Assembly: GCA_965223705.1 (NCBI GenBank)
Contig: OZ245015.1
Coordinates: forward strand, 4,192,001-4,256,000
Source of the DNA: Myxococcota bacterium
GTDB taxonomy: Bacteria; Myxococcota_A; UBA9160; UBA6930
DNA: 64,000 bases
Direction: 5' to 3'
The notes beneath the pieces are model-generated. The model was not told where the DNA came from. It ran no database searches and saw only the letters and a program-made list of their open reading frames with translations. Of this stretch, positions 21,424 to 31,608 are shown in pieces (within the stretch, counting starts at the first letter, position 1; every line of letters starts with the position of its first letter). Both the position numbers and the translations under genes were made by a program.

Positions 21424-22866
21424 GTGACGACAAACAAATCACTACCTCTGCTCGGACGGGTCGCGATTCGTCTGAAGATCCTGTCCACGGAGCAGGTCCT
21501 TCAGGCGGTCGAGGAAAAGGAAAAGCGGGGCGGAACGACCCCGCTTGGTCAGATCTTCCTCGACCTCGGTTGGGTCAACGAAGACCAGCTGCAACGAATC
21601 GTCGACACCCAAAAACAGATCATCGCGCACCACCGCGCGCAACAAGCCGTCGAGCAGACGGAGCCGACGCCCGCGCCCACCCGTCCCGAGCCGGCCCCCG
21701 CACAGATCGCGCAGCCGGCGACGCCCGCGCCGAAACCGACGCAGGCGCCCGCAACGACGGCGCCCGCTCCCGCGGTCGTCTCGGCTTCGCCCAGTGTGGG
21801 CGGTGCCACCGACGCAGACCCGGAGCTCGTCGGGTTGCTTCGCGCCGCGGCAGAGCAAAACGCGAGCGATATTCATCTCCACGCCGGCGTGAAGCTGTAC
21901 CACCGGGTCGCCGGTTCCTTCGAAACCCAGGGCGACACGCCTCTCGACGGCGCGTTTATCGAGCGGGCGGTGAAATCGGTGCTCGACGCCGATCAGCTCG
22001 CGCGTTTCGAGGAGGCGGGCGAGCTCGATCTAGCGATCACCGTCGCCGGGGTGGGTCGCTACCGAGCCAATGTCTACCGCCAGCAGCACGGGACGGATCT
22101 CGTGCTCCGCGCGCTGCCGCAAACCCCGCCGAATCTGGGTGAGCTCGGGCTTCCCGAAACGCTTTCCAAGCTGACGCAGTACCACCAGGGCATGGTGTTG
22201 GTGACCGGGCCGAAAGGTTGCGGAAAATCATCGACCCTCGCGGCGCTTGTCGACATCATCAACAGCTCGCGCGACGACCACATCCTGACGGTCGAGGATC
22301 CGATCGAGGTCCTCCACCCGTCAAAGCGCTGCGTCGTCAACCAACGCGATGTCGGACGGCACACGGAATCGTTCGCGCGGGCGCTGCGTGCGGCGCTGCG
22401 CGAAGACCCCGACGTGATCGTGATCGGTGAGTTGCGCGATTTCGAAACGATTTCGCTCGCACTCACTGCTGCCGAGACAGGCCACCTGGTGCTCGGGACG
22501 CTGCATACCGACAGCGCGATTCGCACGATCAATCGGCTGGTCGGCGTCTTCCCGGCGGATCAGCAGGATCAAGTCCGAAACATGCTGAGCGAATCGTTGC
22601 GCGCGGTCGTCTCTCAGCGGCTGGTCCCGGTGGCCGACGGATCGCGGCGCGTTCCGGCGCTCGAAACGCTCATCGTGAACCGCGCAGTCGGCAACCTCGT
22701 CCGGGAAAACAAGACCTTCCAGATCTCGTCCATCCTGCAGACCGGTGGCAGTCAGGGTATGTGCATGCTCGACGACTCGCTCCGCGCGCTCATCGCGGAC
22801 GGAACGATCACGAAGGAAGAGGCCCTTCGTCACTGCGACGATCCCAAGAAGCTAGGAGGCGCGTAG
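21424..22866 (+). CDS. pilT: PilT/PilU-family ATPase with N-terminal MshEN-like module and Pro/Ala/Thr linker
   Basis: GPKGCGKSST, TVEDPIE, EDPDVIVIGELRD, GHLVLGTLHT, AVGNLVRE; N-terminal LLGRVAIRLKIL...PLGQIFLDLGWVNEDQL. Confidence 0.9.
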   Translation: MTTNKSLPLLGRVAIRLKILSTEQVLQAVEEKEKRGGTTPLGQIFLDLGWVNEDQLQRIVDTQKQIIAHHRAQQAVEQTEPTPAPTRPEPAPAQIAQPATPAPKPTQAPATTAPAPAVVSASPSVGGATDADPELVGLLRAAAEQNASDIHLHAGVKLYHRVAGSFETQGDTPLDGAFIERAVKSVLDADQLARFEEAGELDLAITVAGVGRYRANVYRQQHGTDLVLRALPQTPPNLGELGLPETLSKLTQYHQGMVLVTGPKGCGKSSTLAALVDIINSSRDDHILTVEDPIEVLHPSKRCVVNQRDVGRHTESFARALRAALREDPDVIVIGELRDFETISLALTAAETGHLVLGTLHTDSAIRTINRLVGVFPADQQDQVRNMLSESLRAVVSQRLVPVADGSRRVPALETLIVNRAVGNLVRENKTFQISSILQTGGSQGMCMLDDSLRALIADGTITKEEALRHCDDPKKLGGA

Positions 22867-23937
22867 ATGCCCCAACTGGACGAGCTACTCCGCCACCTGA
22901 AAGAAGAAGGTGGATCGGACCTGCACCTCGCCGCCGGTCTCGCTCCGCGAATCCGTGTTTCCGGCGGACTGCGAGCGGTCGACGGCTGGGACTCGCTGAC
23001 AGACGAGGCGCTGCGCGCGCTTCTGCAACCGATCACGAACGAGAAGCAGTGGAACGAGTACGAATCGAAGAATGACCTCGACTTTGCCTACGGGCTCGAG
23101 GGTGTCGCTCGGTTCCGCGCGAACTACTTCGCTCAGGAACACGGCTCCGGCGCGGTCTTTCGCGTGATTCCCGAGAAGATCATCACGGTCGAAGAGCTGG
23201 GACTGCCGGACGCGATCGCCAAGCTCTCCGAACTCGAGAAAGGTCTCGTGGTCGTGACCGGCCCCACCGGTTCGGGTAAATCCACAACCCTCGCCGCCGT
23301 GGTCGACAAGATCAATCGCGACTACAAGAAGCACGTGGTGACCATCGAAGACCCCGTCGAGTTCGTCCACAAGGGCCAGCAGTGCGTCCTCTCTCATCGC
23401 GAAGTCGGCGTGCACACCGGGAGCTTCGCCAAGGCGCTTCGCACGGTCATTCGCCAGGACGCGGACGTGGTGCTCGTCGGGGAAATGCGCGACCGCGAGA
23501 CAATCGCCGCCGCGGTCGCCGCAGCGGAAATGGGCATGCTCGTGTTCGGCACGCTCCACACGAACGGCGCGGCGAAGACCATCGACCGGATCGTCGACGC
23601 GTTTCCCGCCGACGAACAACCGCAAATTCGCTTGTCGCTTTCGGAATCGCTCGCGGCCATCGTGTCGCAGCTGCTCGTTCCCAAGGTCGGCGGCGGACGC
23701 GTCGCTGCGAACGAGATTCTCCTGCGTACTCAAGGGCTGCCCAATGTGATCCGCGAAGCGAACACGCAGATGATCAACTCGATCATTCAATCCGGGCGGG
23801 CACAGGGCATGATCGCGATGGACGACGCACTCGCCGCGCACTTGTCGGCCGGGGTGATCAGCCCCGAAGATGCGTACGCGAAGGCGACCGAAAAAGCGCG
23901 CTTCGAGTCACAACTCAGCGACGCTCCGGTCTCCTGA
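22867..23937 (+). CDS. pilT: Second PilT/PilU-family ATPase
   Basis: GSDLHL, GPTGSGKSTT, TIEDPVE, VGEMRD, LVFGTLHT; abuts the previous stop codon, with AGGAGG. Confidence 0.93.
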   Translation: MPQLDELLRHLKEEGGSDLHLAAGLAPRIRVSGGLRAVDGWDSLTDEALRALLQPITNEKQWNEYESKNDLDFAYGLEGVARFRANYFAQEHGSGAVFRVIPEKIITVEELGLPDAIAKLSELEKGLVVVTGPTGSGKSTTLAAVVDKINRDYKKHVVTIEDPVEFVHKGQQCVLSHREVGVHTGSFAKALRTVIRQDADVVLVGEMRDRETIAAAVAAAEMGMLVFGTLHTNGAAKTIDRIVDAFPADEQPQIRLSLSESLAAIVSQLLVPKVGGGRVAANEILLRTQGLPNVIREANTQMINSIIQSGRAQGMIAMDDALAAHLSAGVISPEDAYAKATEKARFESQLSDAPVS

Positions 23938-24772
23938 TTCCTTGCGCCGCTAGATAAGACGCAACGATCGCGGGGTAGCCCTCGCGGTAGGTCGGGTACT
24001 CGAAGACGAACCCGCTCCCGCGGAGCCGCGCGCTCGAGCAGCGTTTGCCGCCGATGTCCGCCGATCCCTCGGTTTCCGGGGCAGGCGGTGCGACGCCGAG
24101 TTGCTGCGCGATCCAACGAACGACCTCGCCGAGCTCCGCCGGCTCGTGGTCGACGCCTACGTAGAGTTCGCCCAGCTCCTCGAGGGACAAGAGGTGGGCG
24201 ACCGCGGACGCCGCATCGTCTCGGTGAATCCGGTTCGTAAACTGCCGACCGCGCAGCGTGACCTCCGCACGGGCGACCCGCTCAATGAGTCGCGTGCGTC
24301 CCGGGCCATAGATCCCGCCGAGTCGCAGCGACGCGGCGCGCGCCGCGAGTGAGGCCGCGGCGGCCTCCCCTTCGAGCATCAAACGTCCGCGAAAACTCTC
24401 GGGAAGACTCGCCGTCGACTCGTCCACCCACGCGCCTTCGCTTTCGCCATAGACCGACGTGCTCGAGACGAAGACGGCGCGCGCCGGAAGCCTCGCGCGC
24501 GCGGCGAGAGCTCGTCCGAGGTTTTGCACGCCTGCGACATAAGCCCGCCGGTACGACGCCTCGTCAGAGCGGTCCGCCGCCGCCGCGTACACCACGGCAT
24601 CGACTCCCTCGGGAATCACTTCGAGCGTCGCCCCATCAGAGAGATCGGCCCGAAGCCGGATCACGCCCTGCGGCAATGGCGCTTCGCTGCGGCGCAGCCC
24701 GAACACGGTGTGACCCTGGCGCGCGAGGTTCGCGGCGAGAGCGGCGCCGACGTAACCACATCCCGCGATCAA
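23915..24772 (-). CDS. Atypical SDR / NAD-dependent epimerase family protein
   Basis: IAGCGYVG, VSSTSVYG, LRLGGIYGPGR, NRIHRDD, YPTYREG; start may be a few codons earlier. Confidence 0.88.
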   Translation of the reverse strand: MIAGCGYVGAALAANLARQGHTVFGLRRSEAPLPQGVIRLRADLSDGATLEVIPEGVDAVVYAAAADRSDEASYRRAYVAGVQNLGRALAARARLPARAVFVSSTSVYGESEGAWVDESTASLPESFRGRLMLEGEAAAASLAARAASLRLGGIYGPGRTRLIERVARAEVTLRGRQFTNRIHRDDAASAVAHLLSLEELGELYVGVDHEPAELGEVVRWIAQQLGVAPPAPETEGSADIGGKRCSSARLRGSGFVFEYPTYREGYPAIVASYLAAQGIRRPERR

Positions 24773-24787
24773 AACGCGCAGACGAAC

Positions 24788-25750
24788 TTACTCGTTCAGG
24801 TGGCGCATGACTTGCGCGACCTCTTCGGAAGAACCGATGACGACCCCGGTGCGCTGGTGGAATTCGTCAGGGGTGACTTCGAGGATCCTGCCGCTCGCCG
24901 CCGCAGCGGCACCGCCGGCCTGCTCGACGAGCAGTGCCATCGGATTCCCTTCGTACAACAATCGGAGTTTCCCGTCCGGCGCTTTGCGCGTCGGCGGGTA
25001 GAGGAAGACGCCGCCCTTGAGCAGCGTGCGATGTACGTCCGCCACCATGGAGCCGATGTAGCGGCTTCCGTAGCCATTCTCGTGGGCAAAGCTCAGGTAC
25101 GAGCGGATGGCGTCGGGAAAATCGTTCCAGTACGCCTCGTTGATCGAGTAGATCTTTTTCTGGGGTGGAATTCGCAACTCGGGCAAGACGAGGACGAAAT
25201 CACCCAACTCGGGGTCGAGTACGAACATGTCGACGCCCGAGCCAGTCGTGAGAACGAGAACGACCGAGGAGCCGTACAGGACGTAACCCGCGGCGAGTTG
25301 CGCGTCCCCCGGTTGGAGCGCGGCCTGGGCGGTGTCGGCGTCGGCCTGCTCGTTGGCGAGGATGCTGAAGATCGTGCCGACGCTTACGGCGACATCGATA
25401 TTCGACGAGCCGTCTAGGGGATCGGCGATCACGCAATACTTCCCGCCTTCTTTGAGAGAGCGGAAAACGACGGGTACCGGCTGCTCTTCGGAGGCATAGA
25501 GAGCGACGTCGGCCCGCTCCTCCAAGCAGCGCTGCAACAGCTCGTCGGCGAGCACGTCGAGTTTCTGCTGAGCTTCGCCGTGCGTGTTGAATTCACCGGC
25601 GGCGCCGACAATGTCCTCGATGCGCGCGCGTCGGACCTTGGCGGCGATCGACTTGGCCGCCAACGCGATCGCGCCGATCACGCCGGCGAGGTCGGTCGCC
25701 GCGCGCCCCCGCGCTAGATGAGTCTGTAGCGTGGTCAGGTTCTCGCGCAT
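24788..25750 (-). CDS. fbp: Class I fructose-1,6-bisphosphatase
   Basis: GEAQQKLDV, DPLDGSSNID, RYIGSMVADVHRTL, KLRLLYEGNP. Confidence 0.96.
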   Translation of the reverse strand: MRENLTTLQTHLARGRAATDLAGVIGAIALAAKSIAAKVRRARIEDIVGAAGEFNTHGEAQQKLDVLADELLQRCLEERADVALYASEEQPVPVVFRSLKEGGKYCVIADPLDGSSNIDVAVSVGTIFSILANEQADADTAQAALQPGDAQLAAGYVLYGSSVVLVLTTGSGVDMFVLDPELGDFVLVLPELRIPPQKKIYSINEAYWNDFPDAIRSYLSFAHENGYGSRYIGSMVADVHRTLLKGGVFLYPPTRKAPDGKLRLLYEGNPMALLVEQAGGAAAAASGRILEVTPDEFHQRTGVVIGSSEEVAQVMRHLNE

Positions 25751-25829
25751 CGGGCGGGGAAGTTACCGGATCCGTTTTTCGCGGGGCTCCCGCGGGAATC
25801 CGACGGGGACGTATCGGGCCCCGTAGAGA

Positions 25830-25863
25830 AGAGGCCCCGTCGGCACTCGCCGCCGGGGCCTCT
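25830..25863 (-). terminator. GC-rich hairpin, possible terminator downstream of the thioredoxin-like gene
   Basis: AGAGGCCCCG.CGGC-loop-GCCG.CGGGGCCTCT followed on the minus strand by a pyrimidine-rich tail. Confidence 0.4.
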
Positions 25864-25949
25864 CGAGGGAAGGAGCGTTGCGTACTCAGCAGATAAGACG
25901 GGCGAGACGCGCTTTCGGTTCCACTCGGATCGGATTTTTTTGCGTCCGC

Positions 25950-26378
25950 TCACTGCGCGGCGAGCTTCTCCTTCGCAACCTCGATGGCCGCGGTGTAGTC
26001 GCGATGATCGAGGCGCCCCTTGAAGAGCTCGACCGGGGAGCCATCGGGCATCAGAATTCCCACGGTCCCGGTGCGAGCGACGTTCGCCTCGTAGAACTCT
26101 TCGATCCCGAGCTCCTTCGCGCGAGCGGCAGCCTCCTCTTTGCGTTCCTGGTCCGTCACGTCGAGGACGACGATGTTCGCGTCGTCGGCGTGTCGCTCCA
26201 CGAGCTTCTCCCACGTCAGCGCGAGCATCGCGCAGCTTGTGCACCAATCAGCGTGCACCTTGACCAGATAGGGTTTCGCAGGTGCCTCGGGGGCCTCCCC
26301 CTCGGCCGTCGCGGTGACGGCGACAAGGGCGGCCAGTGAACACGCCAGCGTCCAGTAGAAAAGCTGCTTCCTGATCAT
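25950..26378 (-). CDS. Exported thioredoxin-fold protein
   Basis: Signal peptide, then VKVHADWCTSC. Confidence 0.82.
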   Translation of the reverse strand: MIRKQLFYWTLACSLAALVAVTATAEGEAPEAPAKPYLVKVHADWCTSCAMLALTWEKLVERHADDANIVVLDVTDQERKEEAAARAKELGIEEFYEANVARTGTVGILMPDGSPVELFKGRLDHRDYTAAIEVAKEKLAAQ

Positions 26379-26474
26379 CCGAATCTCCTAAGCGTCTCGT
26401 GCGGTGGACCGCCTGCACCCGAGTGGGACGCCCTGGCCCCGCCAAGAGTTCAACCCCGTATCATTCGGCCGTTC

Positions 26475-27752
26475 GTGTCCTCACTAAACCCGCAAGAAGT
26501 GCGCGATTCCGACCCCGTAGAGGGGAAGGGAAGCGGCTACCCGGCCTTCGTCCGAGGAGTCGCGTCGTGGTTCGGCGCCTGGGGAATGCACTCGGCCTTG
26601 TTCTCGTGGCTCCTCGTCGTGCAACTCGACTCCTCGCCAGAACGGGTGGGAATCGGGCAGCTCGCGGTGATGTTGCCCACCTTGCTCCTCATACTCATCG
26701 GCGGTTCCGTCGCGGATCGGAGCGATGTCCGCAGGGCGCTCGTCCTGTTTCATCTGGCCGCGGCCGCGGGCCCCCTGGGGCTCTCATGGCTCGTCGCCGA
26801 AGGACAGCTCACCTACAGCTGGCTGCTGGTGTACGGCCTCTGGGTCGGCGTCGTCACCGCGTTCATCATGCCGGCTCGAGATACGCTTCTCTCGCGCGTC
26901 GCGGGCGATGACATGCTTCGCGCGGTGGCGGGAATGACCATTGTCCAGTTCGCGGCGCAGGCCCTGGGCAACCTGCTCGCGGGCGGTGCGCGTTGGGTCG
27001 GAGGCGCGCCGATGTTGGCCGTTCAGGGGTGCATCTTGGCCCTGGGAGCGGTCCTCACGGCCCGGGTGCCGCCGGCGCCGCCACGAAAAACGAAATCCCC
27101 CCGGGGCGCCCTTTCCCTCCGCGAGGTTGTGTCAGGGGTCCAAATCGTTGCGTCAAATCCCCAAATGCGCGCGAGCTTCCTCATCTCGTTTGGCGTCGCG
27201 TTCTTTTTCGCGGGGCCGTTCTACGTGATTTTTCCGCTGATCGTCCGGGACGTGTTCGGCGGCGGCGTCCTCATGCTGTCGATCACGATGATGACGTTCC
27301 CCCTCGGCACCATTCTGGGCTCCATCGCGATCCGCTCCCGCGGGGGCTTGCGTCAGCGGGGCCCAGCCGCGCTCTGGTCCGTACTCGGTGGAGCCTGCGC
27401 ACTGGGCACGATCGGCCTCGGCTTGCCGTACATCGGCATGCTGGCCATGACGCTCATCTGGGGCCTCACGGCCTCGATCTTCATCAACGCAACCCGGACC
27501 CTGTTCCAGGAAGCGGCGCCCGAAGCCGAGCGGGGCCGCGTGCTGTCGGTCTTCCAAATGGCCCTGATGGGCGCGTCGCCGATGGGATCTTTTTTGGCGG
27601 GTGTCTGCGCCGCCAGGCTCGGCCACCACACGACCTTGCTAGTCTTCGCGGGCGCCGTCTTCGTCCTGGTGAGCGCGCTTTGGGTGCCGGTGCGCCGCGC
27701 CGAGCCAGGACACCGCGCGGCCTCGATGGTGAGGAACCCCAAAGGGCCTTAG
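26475..27752 (+). CDS. MFS transporter
   Basis: About 12 hydrophobic segments, motif [21 protein letters not shown]. Confidence 0.9.
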   Translation: MSSLNPQEVRDSDPVEGKGSGYPAFVRGVASWFGAWGMHSALFSWLLVVQLDSSPERVGIGQLAVMLPTLLLILIGGSVADRSDVRRALVLFHLAAAAGPLGLSWLVAEGQLTYSWLLVYGLWVGVVTAFIMPARDTLLSRVAGDDMLRAVAGMTIVQFAAQALGNLLAGGARWVGGAPMLAVQGCILALGAVLTARVPPAPPRKTKSPRGALSLREVVSGVQIVASNPQMRASFLISFGVAFFFAGPFYVIFPLIVRDVFGGGVLMLSITMMTFPLGTILGSIAIRSRGGLRQRGPAALWSVLGGACALGTIGLGLPYIGMLAMTLIWGLTASIFINATRTLFQEAAPEAERGRVLSVFQMALMGASPMGSFLAGVCAARLGHHTTLLVFAGAVFVLVSALWVPVRRAEPGHRAASMVRNPKGP

Positions 27753-27828
27753 CCACGCGTTGACAGCCCCACCCCTCTCCTTGAACCTCAATCATTCGCT
27801 CTGCGTCCCAAACAAATGGAGAATTCCA

Positions 27829-29277
27829 GTGACCGATAGCCGCCCTCCCTTCAAAGTCGCCGACCTCGACCTCGCGGAATGGGGGCGCCGGGAAATCCGC
27901 CTCGCCGAGCATGAGATGCCCGGCTTGATGGCCCTGCGCGAACGCTACGGCGATGCGAAGCCCTTCGCCGGCACCCGCATTATGGGCAGCCTGCACATGA
28001 CGATTCAGACCGCCGTGCTGATCGAAACGCTGACGGCGCTCGGTGCCGACGTTCGCTGGGTAAGCTGCAACATCTTCTCGACCCAAGACCACGCGGCAGC
28101 TGCCACGGTGATCGGACCGAACGGCACGGCGTCCTCGCCCGAGGGAACGCCGGTCTTCGCTTGGAAGGGGGAGACCCTCGAGGAATACTGGTGGTGCACG
28201 CGCGAGGCCCTGATCTGGCCCGACGGAAACGGTCCCGATCTCATCGTCGACGACGGCGGCGACGCCACCCTACTCGTTCACAAGGGCCTCGAGTTCGAGC
28301 AGGCCGGTAAGGTCCCGAAGCCCAATCCCGAGACGGACTCCGAAGAATGGATTGTCGTGCTCGAAATGTTGGCGCGGCTCCAGGAAGAAGAGCCCGGGTT
28401 GTGGCAGCGCATCGCGACGAAGATCCGCGGCGTGTCGGAAGAGACCACCACCGGCGTTCACCGCCTCTATCAGATGGAAGAGAACGGCTCACTGCTCTTC
28501 CCCGCGATCAACGTGAACGACTCCGTCACGAAGAGCAAATTCGACAACATCTACGGGTGCCGTCACTCGCTGCCCGACGGCCTCATGCGCGCATCCGACG
28601 TGATGCTCGGCGGAAAGGTCGCCGTCGTCTGCGGCTTCGGCGAAGTGGGTAAAGGCTCGGCCCAAGCCCTGCGCGGCCAGGGCTGCCGCGTGATCGTGAC
28701 TGAAATCGACCCCATCTGCGCCCTACAGGCGGCGATGGAAGGCTACGAGGTCAAGCCCCTCGATGACGTGGTCGGCGAGGCCGACATCTTCGTCACCACG
28801 ACCGGCAACTACGACGTCATCACAGCCGACCATATGTCACGCATGAAGGACAAGGCGCTCGTCGGGAACATCGGTCACTTCGACAACGAGATCGATATGG
28901 CCGGGCTCAAGAAGATCCCCGGGATCGTGTGCAACAACATCAAGCCGCAATACGATGAGTGGGTTTTCCCCGACGGCCACAGCGTCCTGATCCTCGCGGA
29001 AGGCCGCCTGCTGAATCTGGGGTGCGCCACCGGTCACCCGAGCTTCGTCATGTCGGCGTCCTTCACGAATCAGGTCATCGCGCAACTAGAGCTTCACCAA
29101 CACCCCGAGCAGTACGAAAAGAAGGTGTACATGCTTCCCAAGCACCTGGATGAAGAAGTGGCGCGGCTGCATTTGGATCACCTCGGGGTCAAGCTGACCC
29201 GATTGACGCCGGAGCAGGCGGCCTACATCGGAGTCCCGGTGGACGGGCCCTACAAGCCCGATCACTATCGGTACTAG
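27829..29277 (+). CDS. ahcY: Adenosylhomocysteinase
   Basis: [61 protein letters not shown] start with GGAG. Confidence 0.98.
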   Translation: MTDSRPPFKVADLDLAEWGRREIRLAEHEMPGLMALRERYGDAKPFAGTRIMGSLHMTIQTAVLIETLTALGADVRWVSCNIFSTQDHAAAATVIGPNGTASSPEGTPVFAWKGETLEEYWWCTREALIWPDGNGPDLIVDDGGDATLLVHKGLEFEQAGKVPKPNPETDSEEWIVVLEMLARLQEEEPGLWQRIATKIRGVSEETTTGVHRLYQMEENGSLLFPAINVNDSVTKSKFDNIYGCRHSLPDGLMRASDVMLGGKVAVVCGFGEVGKGSAQALRGQGCRVIVTEIDPICALQAAMEGYEVKPLDDVVGEADIFVTTTGNYDVITADHMSRMKDKALVGNIGHFDNEIDMAGLKKIPGIVCNNIKPQYDEWVFPDGHSVLILAEGRLLNLGCATGHPSFVMSASFTNQVIAQLELHQHPEQYEKKVYMLPKHLDEEVARLHLDHLGVKLTRLTPEQAAYIGVPVDGPYKPDHYRY

Positions 29278-29296
29278 GCAGATCGGAACCGAACGC

Positions 29297-31285
29297 GTGA
29301 CACGAGCATTTTCGAGACGGCGCCTGTGCGCCGCGGCATTCGTCCTTTCGGGCATTGGCTTCGGCAGCCTGGCCGCCGTCTCGGAGGCTCACGCAGCGCT
29401 CGGGTGCCGGGACATCCCGGACTTGATGGGCGTGTACTTCCGCAAGCACGTCGCGGTCGCGTCCGGCGGGCCCGAAATCGGCTTTCGCACCGCCGACACG
29501 TATCTGCGGCGGCAAGATCCTCAGCGCAGTCTGGTGGACCGCGGCGAGGCCGAGAAGCTGCGCCAGTCCTTGCGCGAGGCCTTCAAGGACGCGCGCACCG
29601 GAAAGTGCAAACGCCTCCTCGACATCCACAAGAAGCTGATCTCGTTCCAGTCGCGGACCGAGAGCGAAGTGAAGGCGATCCTCGGCGCAGAAGATTACGC
29701 CGTCGACGAGACCGCCGAACTCGTGCTCGACCCCGACGAAAGGGAACGCCCGAAGTCAGCCGCCGAGCGGAAGGCGTTACTCGAGACCCTGACGCATTTT
29801 CAGATCTCGAACTACCTGGCGAACGATCTCGAACTCGCCGAAGCGAAGCGCCGTCTGACGCACCGTCACGAGCTTCGCGTCAAGCGGTTGCGCGAGCAGA
29901 CGAACGCCCAGGTCTTCTCCACCTTTCTCGACGCGTTCGCCGCCTCGCTGGATCCGCACTCGAGCTACCTCTCGGCTGACGACCTCGAAGATTTCCGCAT
30001 CGGCATGCAGCTCTCGCTCGAGGGCATCGGGGTCGCGCTGTCCGAGCGCGATGGCTACGCCGTCGTGGAACAGATCATCCCCGGCGGCGCTGCCGATCGC
30101 CTGGAAGTCCTGCGGCCCCAAGACAAGATCATCGCGGTCGCCGAAGAAGAGGGCGAGGCCGTCGACGTGATCGACATGGCGCTGCGCGATGTCGTACGTC
30201 TCATCCGTGGACGCAAAGGCAGCACGGTTCACCTGACGGTGCTTCGGCAAGGCGACGAGGCGGAACGCTTCCCGGTCTCGATCGTGCGCGACAAGATCGA
30301 TCTCGACCAACAGGCGGCGAAGCTCGACATCGAAGAAGTGGAGCACGACGGCACCAAGCTCAAACTCGGGGTGCTGGAACTCCCGTCGTTCTACGGCGAC
30401 CGGGATTCCAACGAACGCCTGTCCTCACGCGACGTTCGCGCGCTCCTCGAAGAGGCGCGGGAAGCGAAGGTCGACGGCCTGCTCTTCGACTTGTCGCGCA
30501 ACGGCGGTGGCCTGCTCGAAGACGCGGTCGCGATCTCCGGACTCTTCGTGCGTGAAGGTGGCATCGTCGCCGTGAAAGACGGCGGCAAGCGGAGCCGGGT
30601 GATGCCCGACCCGGATTCCAAGCTGCTGTACAACGGTCCGCTGGTCGTCCTCGTGTCCCGCGTCAGCGCCTCCGCTTCCGAGATCGTCGCCGGCGCGCTG
30701 CGCGACTACAACCGCGCCGTGATCGTCGGCGACTCACAGACCTTCGGCAAAGGGACCGTACAGAGCGTGTTCCCGCTGCAACCCGGCCTCGGCGCATTGC
30801 GGATCACGACAGCGCTCTTTTTCCGCCCCGGTGGCGACTCGACTCAAAAAGCGGGCGTCGCCAGCCACTTCGTGATCCCGTCTCGGTTCGACGTCGAAAG
30901 CATCGGCGAATCGAAGCAGCGGTACGTGCTTCCCGAGCAGAGGATCCCGGAATTCCTGAGCGATCGCGCAAACGCCAAGAAGGAGCAAGACCGCTTCAAA
31001 GCTGTCACGCCGGACCTCGTCAAGGTGTTGGCCGAGCGCTCGCGCGCTCGCGTCGAGAAAGACGAGGAGCTCCAGGAAGTCGTCGAAGATCTAGCCGAGC
31101 GCGAAGGAGACGACGGTGTCGTCGTGCTGTCGGAACTCGTCGAGAACCGCCAAAACGGTAACGGGGAAAGCGTCGAAGGCGGTACCGAGGACGCGGCCGC
31201 GAACGACGACGCCGACGACAAGCGCCCCCCGCAAACCGAGGAAGCGCTCCGGGTGCTTGCGGATCTCGTCCTGCTCTCGCGTTGA
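29297..31285 (+). CDS. prc: Carboxy-terminal processing (tail-specific) protease, S41A
   Basis: Signal peptide, LDPHSSY, PDZ LEGIGV, DLSRNGGG, SASASEIVAGAL, TFGKGTVQ. Confidence 0.92.
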   Translation: MTRAFSRRRLCAAAFVLSGIGFGSLAAVSEAHAALGCRDIPDLMGVYFRKHVAVASGGPEIGFRTADTYLRRQDPQRSLVDRGEAEKLRQSLREAFKDARTGKCKRLLDIHKKLISFQSRTESEVKAILGAEDYAVDETAELVLDPDERERPKSAAERKALLETLTHFQISNYLANDLELAEAKRRLTHRHELRVKRLREQTNAQVFSTFLDAFAASLDPHSSYLSADDLEDFRIGMQLSLEGIGVALSERDGYAVVEQIIPGGAADRLEVLRPQDKIIAVAEEEGEAVDVIDMALRDVVRLIRGRKGSTVHLTVLRQGDEAERFPVSIVRDKIDLDQQAAKLDIEEVEHDGTKLKLGVLELPSFYGDRDSNERLSSRDVRALLEEAREAKVDGLLFDLSRNGGGLLEDAVAISGLFVREGGIVAVKDGGKRSRVMPDPDSKLLYNGPLVVLVSRVSASASEIVAGALRDYNRAVIVGDSQTFGKGTVQSVFPLQPGLGALRITTALFFRPGGDSTQKAGVASHFVIPSRFDVESIGESKQRYVLPEQRIPEFLSDRANAKKEQDRFKAVTPDLVKVLAERSRARVEKDEELQEVVEDLAEREGDDGVVVLSELVENRQNGNGESVEGGTEDAAANDDADDKRPPQTEEALRVLADLVLLSR

Positions 31286-31545
31286 AACCCTGGGTCGCAG
31301 TTCTCGCGATCGCGGCCCTGCTCGCGGTGCTCGTCATCGCCACCCTCCGCGAGACGCGTGGCGTTCACTGCGAAGCGTGCGTGGACTTTCGCGGCCAGGC
31401 ACACTGCGCGACGGCCGTTGCGCCGACCCGCGACGAAGCCGAGCAAGGTGCGCGAATGAGTGCCTGCTCCGTCGTGGCACGCGGCGTAACCCGGAGTCTC
31501 GAGTGCCAGCGCAAGCCGCCGAGCTCCCTTCGCTGCAGTGAGTGA
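31282..31545 (+). CDS. Small membrane-anchored six-cysteine hypothetical protein
   Basis: One N-terminal TM helix, then CEAC plus four further Cys; TTG start overlaps the prc stop. Confidence 0.7.
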   Translation: MKPWVAVLAIAALLAVLVIATLRETRGVHCEACVDFRGQAHCATAVAPTRDEAEQGARMSACSVVARGVTRSLECQRKPPSSLRCSE

Positions 31546-31608
31546 ATCGCTTCGCAGGTGTGCGCGTCTTCGCTATCTTGACCGATCGGACAACAATCGG
31601 AGTCGACC

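Noticed and set aside
21655..21800. Repeat-like CCGACGCCCGCGCC stretches
   Set aside because: They encode the Pro/Ala/Thr linker of PilT and are not an independent DNA repeat.
25871..25882. AGGAGCGTTGCG, resembling the 5' part of the SAH riboswitch, about 2 kb before ahcY
   Set aside because: No CCAGGCTC or AACGGCGCTC partner elements, and it does not lead into a same-strand gene.
27753..27828. Riboswitch or SahR operator upstream of ahcY
   Set aside because: Only a TTGACA hexamer is visible, with no good -10, palindrome or aptamer motif.
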